Below, in pieces: positions 35,983-45,164 of a stretch of DNA of 64,000 nt. The notes under the pieces were generated by a model. That model did no database searches and was not told where the DNA came from. It saw nothing but the letters and a program-made list of their open reading frames with translations. The stretch is taken from the NCBI GenBank assembly GCA_050015075.1, contig JBEKCB010000002.1:128001-192000 (forward strand), read 5' to 3'. This DNA comes from Candidatus Brocadiia bacterium. Its GTDB lineage: Bacteria > Planctomycetota > Brocadiia > CAIUPP01. Every line of letters begins with the position of its first letter. Position 1 is the first letter of the stretch. Made by a program: the position numbers and the translations under genes.

Positions 35983-36939
35983 ATGAGACGACTGATCGGA
36001 TGCGGTGTTCTCCTGGCTGTCCTTATCATGGCCGCCGGCTGCGTGACTCCTGAGCCGATTCAGACCGGCCACGAAATCCTGCCGGTCCCCGACCGGACGA
36101 TTTCCGTTCAACAACTGGCGCAACGGCTTGGGCTGGCCGTTGAGGAAGACACCCCCTCGATGGTCACGCTGCGCAACGGCGCGAACCGCGTGATGCTGGT
36201 TCCGGACCCGGCCGGCCAGGCTTTTGTCAACGGCATGCGCGTCGGACCTGAAGGGGGCTTTGTGCGGGTCAGAGGCATTCTTTTCGTGCCTGAGACGCTG
36301 GAGGCGGATATTCGATCTGCTCTGAGTCCGCGCCCTGCATCGGTGAGCCCGGCTCCCGCGCTCAGACCGCTTCCCGAGCGCACAAGGCCTACTTTGGCGC
36401 GCGCGTACCGCATTGTCGTTGATCCCGGTCATGGCGGAAAGGATCCCGGGACGACCAGCCGGATCGGTCTGCGGGAGAAGACGATCACTCTGCCGGTGGC
36501 CAAAGACCTGGCGCGGTTGCTGAAGGAGGATGGATTCGATGTCATCATGACACGGCAGTCCGATGTCTTCATCGAGCTGGACGAACGGGCGGCCATCGCC
36601 AACCGCTTTTCGGCGGACCTGTTTGTCAGCATTCACGCCGACGCGTGTCCCGATCCGTTCATGCGAGGGTTCACCGTCTACACCTGCCGCGATCCCTCCG
36701 CAGGCTCGCTCGGCGTCGCCACGGCGGTGGATGAGGCGCTGCACGGCGCCAGCCTCGAAGGTCTGGGAATCCGTCAAGCGAACTATCGCGTCCTCGTCCT
36801 TACCCAATGCCCCGCCATCCTGGTGGAATTGGGCTACCTGTCCAACGGCCTCGACGCCGAGATGCTCGCGGACCGCGCCAACCAGGCGCGGCTGGCCCGC
36901 TCGATCGCCGACGGAATCGCCGCATATTTCAGCCGATGA
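35983..36939 (+). CDS. N-acetylmuramoyl-L-alanine amidase (Amidase_3), lipoprotein
   Basis: Lipobox MAAGC, IVVDPGHGGKDPG, LREK, FVSIHAD and PAILVELGYLSN. Confidence 0.92.
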   Translation: MRRLIGCGVLLAVLIMAAGCVTPEPIQTGHEILPVPDRTISVQQLAQRLGLAVEEDTPSMVTLRNGANRVMLVPDPAGQAFVNGMRVGPEGGFVRVRGILFVPETLEADIRSALSPRPASVSPAPALRPLPERTRPTLARAYRIVVDPGHGGKDPGTTSRIGLREKTITLPVAKDLARLLKEDGFDVIMTRQSDVFIELDERAAIANRFSADLFVSIHADACPDPFMRGFTVYTCRDPSAGSLGVATAVDEALHGASLEGLGIRQANYRVLVLTQCPAILVELGYLSNGLDAEMLADRANQARLARSIADGIAAYFSR

Positions 36940-38024
36940 GAGCCGCACCCGTGGTATGCAAGGCGCAGTCAGGCAGAACGCTGCGGTATGCGCTGCTCCT
37001 GTGCCTGCTCGCCGCTGTGCTCGTCATCGTCTTCTGCCTCCGCGGAAACCGCGCTTGGGAAGTCTTCCGCCCGGCGGCCCATCCCGTCAGCATCTCCGAG
37101 ACGCGCAGCATGCTCGGCACGTACCTGACGCTCACCGTCGTGGACGAGAGCGAGTCGAGGGCGCGGGCGGACATCGCCGCCGGCTTCGAGCGCATCGCCG
37201 AACTCGATAAGGTGATGAGCTTCCAAAGGCCGGACTCGGAACTCTCCCGGCTCAACGCGCAAGCCGGGCGCGGGCCTGTCGTGGTGTCGGAGGACCTTTA
37301 CCGGGCCGTAGAAACCGGCGTGACCTGGTGCGGCCGCACCCTGGGCACGTTCGACATCGCCGTGGGACCGCTCGTGGAACTCTGGCAAACCTGCGGCAAG
37401 TTGAACCGCCTTCCCACGGCCGAGGAATTCGCCCGAGTGAAGCTGCTCCTGGGAGCGGGCCGGATCGTCCTGAATCCCGCCGACCGCACGATTCGATTCC
37501 CGGTCGAGGGCATGCGCCTGGACCTGGGCGGCCTGAAAGGATACATCGCCGACGAGGTGACGAAGCTGCTGGTCCGTCGCGGCGTGAAGTCGGCCCTCGT
37601 CGCAATGGCCGGTGACATTCACGCCCTGGGCCGCAACCTGGGAGGCGGCCCCTGGCGCGTCGGCGTCCAGGACCCGCGCAACCCCGAAGGGATCGTCGCC
37701 ACGCTGGAGCTCGCCGACCGCAGCGTCTCCACCTCCGGCAATTATGAACGGTTCGTGGAAATCCAGGGACGGCGCTACTCGCACATCGTGGACCCGCGCA
37801 CGTGCCAGACTGCTGAGAGCGTCCCCAGCGTGACCGTCATCGGTCCCGACACCGTTACCTCGGACATCCTCTGCAAACCCATGAGCATCCTGGGAGTCCA
37901 GGACGGTCTGGCCCTGCTCGAGAAGTTCCCGCAAGCCGAGGCGCTGTTCATCACCTACGACGAAAAAGGCGAGATGCGCCTGACCCGCAGCAAAGGCTTC
38001 GCCGCGTACGAGGCGAAGCCGTAA
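36936..38024 (+). CDS. apbE: FAD:protein FMN transferase
   Basis: MLGTY, SELSRLN, FDIAVGPL, LDLGGLKGY, STSGNYERF and YSHIVDPRT. N-terminal TM anchor. Confidence 0.93.
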   Translation: MRAAPVVCKAQSGRTLRYALLLCLLAAVLVIVFCLRGNRAWEVFRPAAHPVSISETRSMLGTYLTLTVVDESESRARADIAAGFERIAELDKVMSFQRPDSELSRLNAQAGRGPVVVSEDLYRAVETGVTWCGRTLGTFDIAVGPLVELWQTCGKLNRLPTAEEFARVKLLLGAGRIVLNPADRTIRFPVEGMRLDLGGLKGYIADEVTKLLVRRGVKSALVAMAGDIHALGRNLGGGPWRVGVQDPRNPEGIVATLELADRSVSTSGNYERFVEIQGRRYSHIVDPRTCQTAESVPSVTVIGPDTVTSDILCKPMSILGVQDGLALLEKFPQAEALFITYDEKGEMRLTRSKGFAAYEAKP

Positions 38025-38037
38025 TCACCTTTGCATA

Positions 38038-38216
38038 ACCACGACGTCACCACAGGCACAACGGACATGAACACAACGGAGTGCCGCAACTTCACCACGA
38101 CGACGCGGCGGCCACGACGGAACGGCTGTTACGGCAATCCGCAATTTTGACGTTCGTTATGCGACGTTCGCCGTGCCCGTCGTGTCGTCGTTGTGAAAGT
38201 TCGCCTCGTGGTGGTG
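38038..38216. repeat. Degenerate nested periodic inverted repeat, CACGACG units
   Basis: Arms at 38088-38124 and 38165-38201 are imperfectly complementary, with outer remnant arms near 38038-38064 and 38203-38216. Lies between convergent genes. Confidence 0.7.
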
Positions 38217-38231
38217 GAAGGTTGCATTCCG

Positions 38232-39440
38232 CTACTTCGCGCTCCAGACGCCCGCGATCGGGGCGCCGCAGTCCGGGCAGCGGCCGTCGCGGATGTCGTT
38301 GCGCACCACGATGAACCCCTGCCGCTGGACCAGCACGCGGCCGCATTTCGGGCAGAGCGTATCCTCGCCGGCGGGCGTGGCGATGTTGCCGACGTAGACG
38401 TAACGGATGCCGGCCTCGCGCGCGATCCGCGCGGCGGTCTGGAGCGTCTCAAGCGGCGTCGGCGCGTCATCGAGCATCCGGTACATCGGGAAGAAACGCG
38501 AGAAGTGCATCGGCACGTCCGGCCCGAGATGCGCCACGTGCCACTTGCACAGATCGGCGATCATGCGCGGAGCGTCATTGCCGCCCGGCACGATGAGGTT
38601 GGTCACCTCGACCCAGACTTTTTCCTCGCGAGCGATCCGCAGCGCCGTCAGCACCGGCTCGAGCGAGCCGCCGCAGTAGCGCCGGTAGTACGACTCGTCG
38701 AAGGCCTTCACGTCAATGTTCGCGGCGTCGAGCACCTTGCAGAGTTCGCGCAGCGGCGTGGGGTTGATGTAGCCGCAGGTGACCCAGACGTTGCGGATTC
38801 CCTCCTTGTGCGCGAGGCGGGCGCAGTCGAGCATGAACTCGTAGAAGACCGTCGGCTCGGTGTAGGTGTAGGAAATCGAGCGGCAGCCGAGGCGCTTCGC
38901 CTCCGCGACGACCTGCTCCGGCGTCATCAGCCGGTACGGCGCCTCCTCGGGCAGCGCCTGGGAAATCTGCCAGTTCTGGCAGAACACGCAGCCGAGATTG
39001 CACCCGGCCGTGGCGATGGAGTACGACCGCGAGCCGGGCAGGAAATGGAAGAGCGGCTTTTTCTCGATCGGGTCGTCGTTCGCGGCCAGCAGATGGCCGT
39101 AGACCAGCGTCCGCAGGATGCCGCCGATGTTGATCCGCGCCCGGCACGAGCCGCGCTCGCCCTCGCCGAGGACGCACATCACCGGGCAGAGCGTGCACTG
39201 CACTTTGCCGCCGGGAAGCTTCTCATAGTACATCGCCTCACGCATGCTGAGGCCGGCGTGGCGAATCTCGTCGGCGGAGAGGCCGGGAACCAGGCGGCGC
39301 TCGATCCGCGCGCCCGCCGCCGCGTCCGACGACGACACGGCCGCCTCGCCGCGGAAGCCGTGGGTCACAATGGTCGCGATCAACACCAGCCCGGCGAGCA
39401 CCAGCCCCGTGACGATCCAGTTACTTCTGCGCGATTCCAT
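38232..39440 (-). CDS. amrS: AmmeMemoRadiSam system radical SAM enzyme, with N-terminal hydrophobic leader
   Basis: QCTLCPVMC, DPIEKKPLFHFLPG, GCNLGCVFCQNWQISQ, YTYTEP, HFSRFFPMY, YVYVGN and two C-terminal CPxCG motifs. Confidence 0.92.
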   Translation of the reverse strand: MESRRSNWIVTGLVLAGLVLIATIVTHGFRGEAAVSSSDAAAGARIERRLVPGLSADEIRHAGLSMREAMYYEKLPGGKVQCTLCPVMCVLGEGERGSCRARINIGGILRTLVYGHLLAANDDPIEKKPLFHFLPGSRSYSIATAGCNLGCVFCQNWQISQALPEEAPYRLMTPEQVVAEAKRLGCRSISYTYTEPTVFYEFMLDCARLAHKEGIRNVWVTCGYINPTPLRELCKVLDAANIDVKAFDESYYRRYCGGSLEPVLTALRIAREEKVWVEVTNLIVPGGNDAPRMIADLCKWHVAHLGPDVPMHFSRFFPMYRMLDDAPTPLETLQTAARIAREAGIRYVYVGNIATPAGEDTLCPKCGRVLVQRQGFIVVRNDIRDGRCPDCGAPIAGVWSAK

Positions 39441-39461
39441 GTCCTGCGATCCCTTGCATTG

Positions 39462-41267
39462 CTAAGAATACTTCGGCGTCCAATCTTTCTTCTTCGGGCA
39501 TGAGACCATGCATTCGCCGCACTCCAGGCAGCGGTTCGGCCGGACGCGGCCGAAGAGGCGATGCCGCGCGAAGAACGCCATCGCCGCGCCCGCCGGACAA
39601 AGGTATCGGCAGAAGAACCGGAACACGAGAAGCGAGGCGACGCCCAGGAAGACCAGCCACGCAATCCGCGGCGCGGCGTCGCTCCCGGCCGTCAGGAAGC
39701 CGAGCGTGAACGTGTCCGAGAACGGCTCGACGTCGCGCACTCCGGTGTTCCGCCAGATGACATAGATCAGCGGCAGGACCAGCAGCAGGCCGTACTTGAC
39801 GCGCCGCAGCCGGCGGTCCCAGGGCTCGCTGATTTCCAGCGGCGAGCGGAAGAGCCGCCCGAGCAATTCGGTGACCGCGCCGAACGGGCAGATCCACGCG
39901 CAGTACAGCCGCCCCGCCAGCAGCGCGCTGCCCAGCGCGAGCGCGGTCAGAAGATACCAGAGCGGCTGCGCGCTCAGCGAAGGCACTTTTCCTGCGGCGA
40001 TGTCCAGGATGTGAATGAGCGAGAAGAACGCCTTCAGCCCGAACCCAAGGCAGAGGACGGAGGCTGCAAGGACGAACGGCCGCAGCCGGGGCAGGCGCTG
40101 CGCCTGTCCGATCGCCGCAACGATGAAGAACGCCGGCACCGCCAGGCGCCAGGGATTGAACGGCGCGCGCTGCGCGGGCGCCTCGGCCGGCGCGCTCAGG
40201 CCTAGCACCTGCTCCGCCGCGCGGCGCGCCGTCAGCCGCACGCCGTCCATCACGGCCGACGACGTGACCGTTGCGCCGGTAATGGCGTCCAGGCCGCGGC
40301 CCGGCGACAAGGCGTCGGAATACCGCTTTCCCCGGAACTGCGCCGCGAACTCCGACGCGTAGACCTTCTCGCGGTAGCCGGGCGATTCCCGGCCCGGCAG
40401 CACGCGCACCTCCACGATCCGCCCGTCCGGGTCGAGCGCCACCGCCACCGGCACGTGCCCGCCGAACCCCTGCACTTCAGGCGCCAGGTCGCTGGAGAGA
40501 ACGATAATGCCGATCTCCCGCGACTCGGTCGAGCCGACGAAGTGCCGCACCGGCTTCTGCTCCTCGCGGAACTCCCGCGCTCCCGGCAGGAGCTGCTGGA
40601 GCAGCGCGGGCTCCGGTTTGATATCGAGAATCTCGACCTGCGCGCCCGCCGCCGGCGCGATATACGCCGCCGCCATACACAGGGAAACGAACCCGACGAC
40701 GCCGCAGGCCATGCGGCCCAGCGATTGGACGACCGGAAGGAAACTCCCGAGCGCCAGCACCAGCAGCGGCAGCGAAACCAGGCTCGTCGCGGCGAAGAAC
40801 GCGACGAAGTACGCCAGGCCGTTGAACGCGCCGCCGGCCCGCAGGGCGTCGGCCATCGCCGTGACGAACGGCGGGCAGATGTTCGCGCCCGTGAGGAAAC
40901 CCAGCAGCAGCGGAAACGTTCCGCCGCGGCCCCATCGCTTCACCGCGCGGCAGAAGGCGCTCTCCTGCGTCGTCTCGGAGACCGCGTAGAGCAGCAGCGC
41001 GGCGCCGAGCAGCGCCAGCGCGGCGGACATCGCCCACGGCGGCATCTTCGCGCCGGCCGCGCCGCCGATCCAGCCGACGAGCAGGCCCACCGCGGCATAA
41101 GCAACCAGCCGGCCGAGCAGAAACTCCCCGAGCGCCGCCGCCTGCGCGCCGAACCGCGCCTTCTCCCGCGACAGGACCACCGGCAGAAACACCGGCGCAC
41201 ACGCCGCCGCGCAGAATGGAGCCGTGGCCAGCCCGAGGAGGAACGCCCGTGAAAGCATCGCGAACAT
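39462..41267 (-). CDS. Membrane fusion protein: DsbD_2/UreH-like domain + FMN-binding domain + NosR/NapH-like ferredoxin domain
   Basis: N-terminal FCAAACAP, GRLVAY and NICPPF. Central GFGG...ESPG...LDAITGATVTS flavinylation motif. C-terminal YCAWICPFG, FCRYLCPAG and CLECGECMVSCP. Confidence 0.82.
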   Translation of the reverse strand: MFAMLSRAFLLGLATAPFCAAACAPVFLPVVLSREKARFGAQAAALGEFLLGRLVAYAAVGLLVGWIGGAAGAKMPPWAMSAALALLGAALLLYAVSETTQESAFCRAVKRWGRGGTFPLLLGFLTGANICPPFVTAMADALRAGGAFNGLAYFVAFFAATSLVSLPLLVLALGSFLPVVQSLGRMACGVVGFVSLCMAAAYIAPAAGAQVEILDIKPEPALLQQLLPGAREFREEQKPVRHFVGSTESREIGIIVLSSDLAPEVQGFGGHVPVAVALDPDGRIVEVRVLPGRESPGYREKVYASEFAAQFRGKRYSDALSPGRGLDAITGATVTSSAVMDGVRLTARRAAEQVLGLSAPAEAPAQRAPFNPWRLAVPAFFIVAAIGQAQRLPRLRPFVLAASVLCLGFGLKAFFSLIHILDIAAGKVPSLSAQPLWYLLTALALGSALLAGRLYCAWICPFGAVTELLGRLFRSPLEISEPWDRRLRRVKYGLLLVLPLIYVIWRNTGVRDVEPFSDTFTLGFLTAGSDAAPRIAWLVFLGVASLLVFRFFCRYLCPAGAAMAFFARHRLFGRVRPNRCLECGECMVSCPKKKDWTPKYS

Positions 41268-41306
41268 GACGACCGCCTGAAGGGAGCCGATTGGGTTGCT
41301 CCATCC

Positions 41307-41393
41307 ATTATATGTCAGTCACGCCCTTCTGTCCAAGCGCGCGGATAGAGTGGCGAAGAATCGCTTGACGGGCGTGGCCGCAGTCGTCAGAAT
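41307..41393. promoter_or_regulatory. Divergent sigma70 promoters
   Basis: Minus strand TGGACA-17 bp-TATAAT. Plus strand TTGACG(41365-41370)-17 bp-CAGAAT(41388-41393). Confidence 0.65.
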
Positions 41394-41452
41394 GTGACCT
41401 TCGATGCCGGCCGGCGTGTGAAGAACTGTCCTATGGAAAAAGGAGGAACGCG

Positions 41453-42229
41453 ATGAAGATCTACATTCATACCGATCTCGAGGGAATCTCCGGGGTGGAC
41501 ACGGCGGAGATGATCGAGCCGGAGCATCCGCGCCGGCGCGAGGCGATCGAGTGTCTCATGGCGGACGCGAATGCCGCGGTCGAGGGCGCCCTGCAGGGCG
41601 GCGCGACCCACGTGACCGTGCTCGACAGCCACGGCGGCGGCGGCAACTTCATCCTCGAGCTGCTCGACCGCCGGGCGGACAACGACCCGAAGGCAAACAA
41701 GAAGTGGTGGGGCAAGATGGACACGTCGTACGCGGGCACTTTTTTCATCGGCGCGCACGCGATGGCCGGGACGCAGAACGCGTTCCTGGACCACACGCAG
41801 AATTCGGAGAGCTGGTACAACTACTGGCTCAACGGGCGGCGGATGGGCGAGCTGGCGCAGTGGGCGATCGTGTCAGGGAACTTCGGAATCCCGATGCTGA
41901 TGGTCAGCGGCGACGAGGCCGCGTGCGTCGAGGCGCGGCAGTTCTTCTCTCCGGTCGAGACGGCCGCGGTCAAGCGCGGGATCGGGCGGAACCGCGCGGA
42001 ACTGGTCCCGGTCGAGGAGGCGCGCGCCCGCATCCGCGAGGCCGCCCGGCGGGCGATTGCGCTCGTCGGAAAGGCCGCGCCGCTCATACCCACCAAGCCG
42101 ATGGAAGTCCGCCTGGAGCTATGCCGCGCGGATTACTGCGACCGGTTTGCGGGCAAGCCGGGAGTCGAGCGCCTCGATGCGCGCTCGGTCCGGAAGGTCT
42201 CGAGCGATCCGCTCAACATCTTCCCTTGA
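41453..42229 (+). CDS. M55 family D-aminopeptidase (DppA-like)
   Basis: MKIYIHTDLEGISGV, DSHG, IGAHAMAG...LDHT, GE and VSGD. Confidence 0.92.
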   Translation: MKIYIHTDLEGISGVDTAEMIEPEHPRRREAIECLMADANAAVEGALQGGATHVTVLDSHGGGGNFILELLDRRADNDPKANKKWWGKMDTSYAGTFFIGAHAMAGTQNAFLDHTQNSESWYNYWLNGRRMGELAQWAIVSGNFGIPMLMVSGDEAACVEARQFFSPVETAAVKRGIGRNRAELVPVEEARARIREAARRAIALVGKAAPLIPTKPMEVRLELCRADYCDRFAGKPGVERLDARSVRKVSSDPLNIFP

Positions 42230-42387
42230 GCCGCGCGCGTTCCGGCGAAATCGGAAGCTGAGCTTCGGGCAAAGCTCGGAGTACCGGCGCGTTGTCCCTG
42301 TGGAAACCGGCGGGCTGGGCCCGTCCATTCCGGCGTGGACTGCGGAATCATTGCCCACTACCCGCGAGACCCGGCTGGAGGAAAATC

Positions 42388-45126
42388 ATGAGAAGTTCGC
42401 TCCGTCTGGTTGGAACGGTATTGCTGGCGGCGCTGGCCGGCGCGATATCAAGTTCCCGCTGCGCCGACGCCCTGGATCTCTACGTCGCCGCCGACGGACG
42501 CGACGCGTGGAGCGGCCGGCTCACCGCGCCCGATGCCGCCGGCAAGGACGGACCTTTCGCCTCGCTGGAGCGGGCCCGCGATGAAGTCCGCGCGCTCAAG
42601 CGGGAAAAAGGTCTTCATGAATCCGTGACCGTACACGTTCGCGGCGGCACGTACTTCCTGGACCGGACTTTCCAACTCACCGCCGAAGATTCCGGGACGG
42701 CCGACGCGCCGGTCGTCTATCTCGGCGAGAGCGCGGCGCGGCCGCTGCTGGTCGGCGGAAAACCCGTCGCCGGTTTCGCTCCGTACAAGGACAAGATCCT
42801 CGTGGCCGACGTGGCCTCGCAAGGCTTGAAGGGCGTCGCCTTCCGGCAGCTCTTTTTCGACGGCCGGCGGCAGGTCCTGGCGCGATATCCGAACTTCGAT
42901 CCGACGAATCCCTATGCCGGCGGCTGGGCCTACGTCGAGGGCAAGCCGGTGGAGATGTACCAGGACCGGCCGGACGACTCCAGGCGCCTGCTGCACTTCA
43001 AGGCCGAGGACGCCCGCGCGATCTCGCGGCCGGAGGAGGCCGAGGTCTGCATCTTCGCGCGATACAACTGGTGGAACGACATCGTCCGCATCGCGTCGGT
43101 GGACCGCGAGAAGCGCGTCATCACGCTGGCGGGCGACTGCTCCTACGCGGTCCGCCCCGGCGACCGCTACTACGTGCAGGGGCTTTTCGAGGAGCTCGAC
43201 TCGCCCGGCGAGTGGTGGCTGGACAAGTCCGCGGGCAAGCTCTACTTCTGGCCGCCGGCGCCCTGGGAAGGCAAGCCGGTCGTCGCGCCGACGCTTCGCA
43301 CGATCATCGAGATCGGCCCCGGCGTCTCGGACGTCACCGTCCGCGGTTTCGACATCGAGTGCTGCGAGGGCAACGCGGTGACGCTCACGAAGGCGACGAA
43401 TTGTCTCATCGCCGGCTGCGTGATCCGCAACGTCGGCGACTACAACGGCTCGGCCGTGGTGATCAACGAGGGCTCGGGCAACGGCGTGGCGGGGTGCGAC
43501 ATCTCCGAAGTCGGCCGCGACGGCGCCTATATCGGCGGCGGCGACCGCAAGACGCTCACGGCCGCGGGCAATTACGCGGACAACAATTACATCCACCACG
43601 TCGGGGTGTTCTACAAACAGGGCGCGGGCGTTTTGCTCGATGGCGTCGGCAACCGCGCGTCGCACAACCTGATCCACGACGGCCCGCGGATAGGAATCGA
43701 GTTCAGCGGCAATAACCTGGTCATCGAATACAACCACATCCGGCACGTGAGCCTGGAGACCGAGGACACCGGCGCGGTCTACACCGGCGGGCGGGACTGG
43801 ATCAGCTCGCGCGGCACCGTGATCCGCTACAACTATTTCCACGACATACTCGGCTTCGGGCGGGAGGACGGCCGGTGGACGATGCCCTACTTCGCGTGGG
43901 GAGTCTACCTGGACGACAACGCCGGCGGCGTGGATGTGATCGGCAACATCGTGACCCGCTGCTCGCGGGCGGGCCTGCACCTGCACAACGGGCGGGATAA
44001 CCTGATCGAGAACAACGTCTTCATAGACAACAGCCGCTACCAGGTGGAATATAACGGCTGGACGCAGGATTCGCAGATGTGGAAGACCCATTTCCCCACG
44101 ATGGTCAAGGGATACGAGATGGTCGCCGGCGAGCCGGCCTGGCAGAACATGCGGAACATGAAGACGCATCCGAAGGACGCCATCCTGCCCGGCGGGCTGA
44201 TCATGTCGGGCAACACGCTCTCGCACAATATCTTCTATTACCGCGCACCGGCGGCCAGTCTCTGCCGCTTCTCGAACGTCTCATTCGACCATAATTGGGC
44301 CGATGACAACCTGGTCTGGCATTGCGGGTTGCCGATCTCGACCGGACAGTTCAAGGCGGGAAAAACGATCTCCGATAACCTGCTGGTCAACCCCGGCTTC
44401 GAAGGCGGCCAGCCGGGCGAGTTGCCCAACGGCTGGATCTGGCAGGCCAGGCCGAGCGCGGACTGCAAGGCCGGCGTTTCGGATGAGGCCGCGGCCGGCG
44501 GCAAACGGTCGCTGAAGATCGAAGGCGTGCCGGTGAAGGACGCCAAGTGCAATCCTCCGTGGCCCGTGGTCGTCAGCACGGAGGTCGCCGCGAAACCGGG
44601 CCATGCTTACCGGCTGACCGCGAAGATGAAGGCCGCCAAGGCCGGAACGCGCGTCGAGCTGATGGTTCAGTCGTACGTCGCCAATGTGTACTTCTGGTCC
44701 AGGAACACGCCGGCCAGCCTCGGCGCCGAGTGGCGGGATTACGAACTGGTCTTCAGATTCCCAGCCGAAGGCGAGCAGGACTACAATGCGCAGATGAAGG
44801 CGGTCCGAGCCCGGTTCGATCTGCCGGCGAGCGACGGCACGGTGTGGATTGCTGATGTCCACCTGGTCGAAGCGGAAACGCTGGATGAGTGGCAATCGCT
44901 CCAGGCGATGGGGTTCGACCGGAACTCGCTCGTCGCCGACCCGCTTTTCGTCGCTCCGGAGAAAGACGACTGGCGTCTCAGGCCCGGCTCGCCGGCGTTC
45001 AAGCTCGGGTTCCAGCCGATCCCGGTGGACAAGATCGGGCCGTACCAGGATCCCCTGCGCGCATCCTGGCCGATCATCGAGGCGCCCGGCGTGCGGGAAT
45101 GGCTGAAGCTGAACAAGGCCGGATGA
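42388..45126 (+). CDS. Secreted right-handed beta-helix protein with inserted CBM4/9-like module
   Basis: Signal peptide, LYVAADGRDAWSG...DGPFASLERARD, repeated NxIH/D strands, DTGAVY, YLDD, and an NLLVNPGFEG...VWIADVHL module. Confidence 0.85.
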   Translation: MRSSLRLVGTVLLAALAGAISSSRCADALDLYVAADGRDAWSGRLTAPDAAGKDGPFASLERARDEVRALKREKGLHESVTVHVRGGTYFLDRTFQLTAEDSGTADAPVVYLGESAARPLLVGGKPVAGFAPYKDKILVADVASQGLKGVAFRQLFFDGRRQVLARYPNFDPTNPYAGGWAYVEGKPVEMYQDRPDDSRRLLHFKAEDARAISRPEEAEVCIFARYNWWNDIVRIASVDREKRVITLAGDCSYAVRPGDRYYVQGLFEELDSPGEWWLDKSAGKLYFWPPAPWEGKPVVAPTLRTIIEIGPGVSDVTVRGFDIECCEGNAVTLTKATNCLIAGCVIRNVGDYNGSAVVINEGSGNGVAGCDISEVGRDGAYIGGGDRKTLTAAGNYADNNYIHHVGVFYKQGAGVLLDGVGNRASHNLIHDGPRIGIEFSGNNLVIEYNHIRHVSLETEDTGAVYTGGRDWISSRGTVIRYNYFHDILGFGREDGRWTMPYFAWGVYLDDNAGGVDVIGNIVTRCSRAGLHLHNGRDNLIENNVFIDNSRYQVEYNGWTQDSQMWKTHFPTMVKGYEMVAGEPAWQNMRNMKTHPKDAILPGGLIMSGNTLSHNIFYYRAPAASLCRFSNVSFDHNWADDNLVWHCGLPISTGQFKAGKTISDNLLVNPGFEGGQPGELPNGWIWQARPSADCKAGVSDEAAAGGKRSLKIEGVPVKDAKCNPPWPVVVSTEVAAKPGHAYRLTAKMKAAKAGTRVELMVQSYVANVYFWSRNTPASLGAEWRDYELVFRFPAEGEQDYNAQMKAVRARFDLPASDGTVWIADVHLVEAETLDEWQSLQAMGFDRNSLVADPLFVAPEKDDWRLRPGSPAFKLGFQPIPVDKIGPYQDPLRASWPIIEAPGVREWLKLNKAG

Positions 45127-45164
45127 AGCGCCGGTCATCCCCGAAGTCTCGGAGGAACAGCCGC

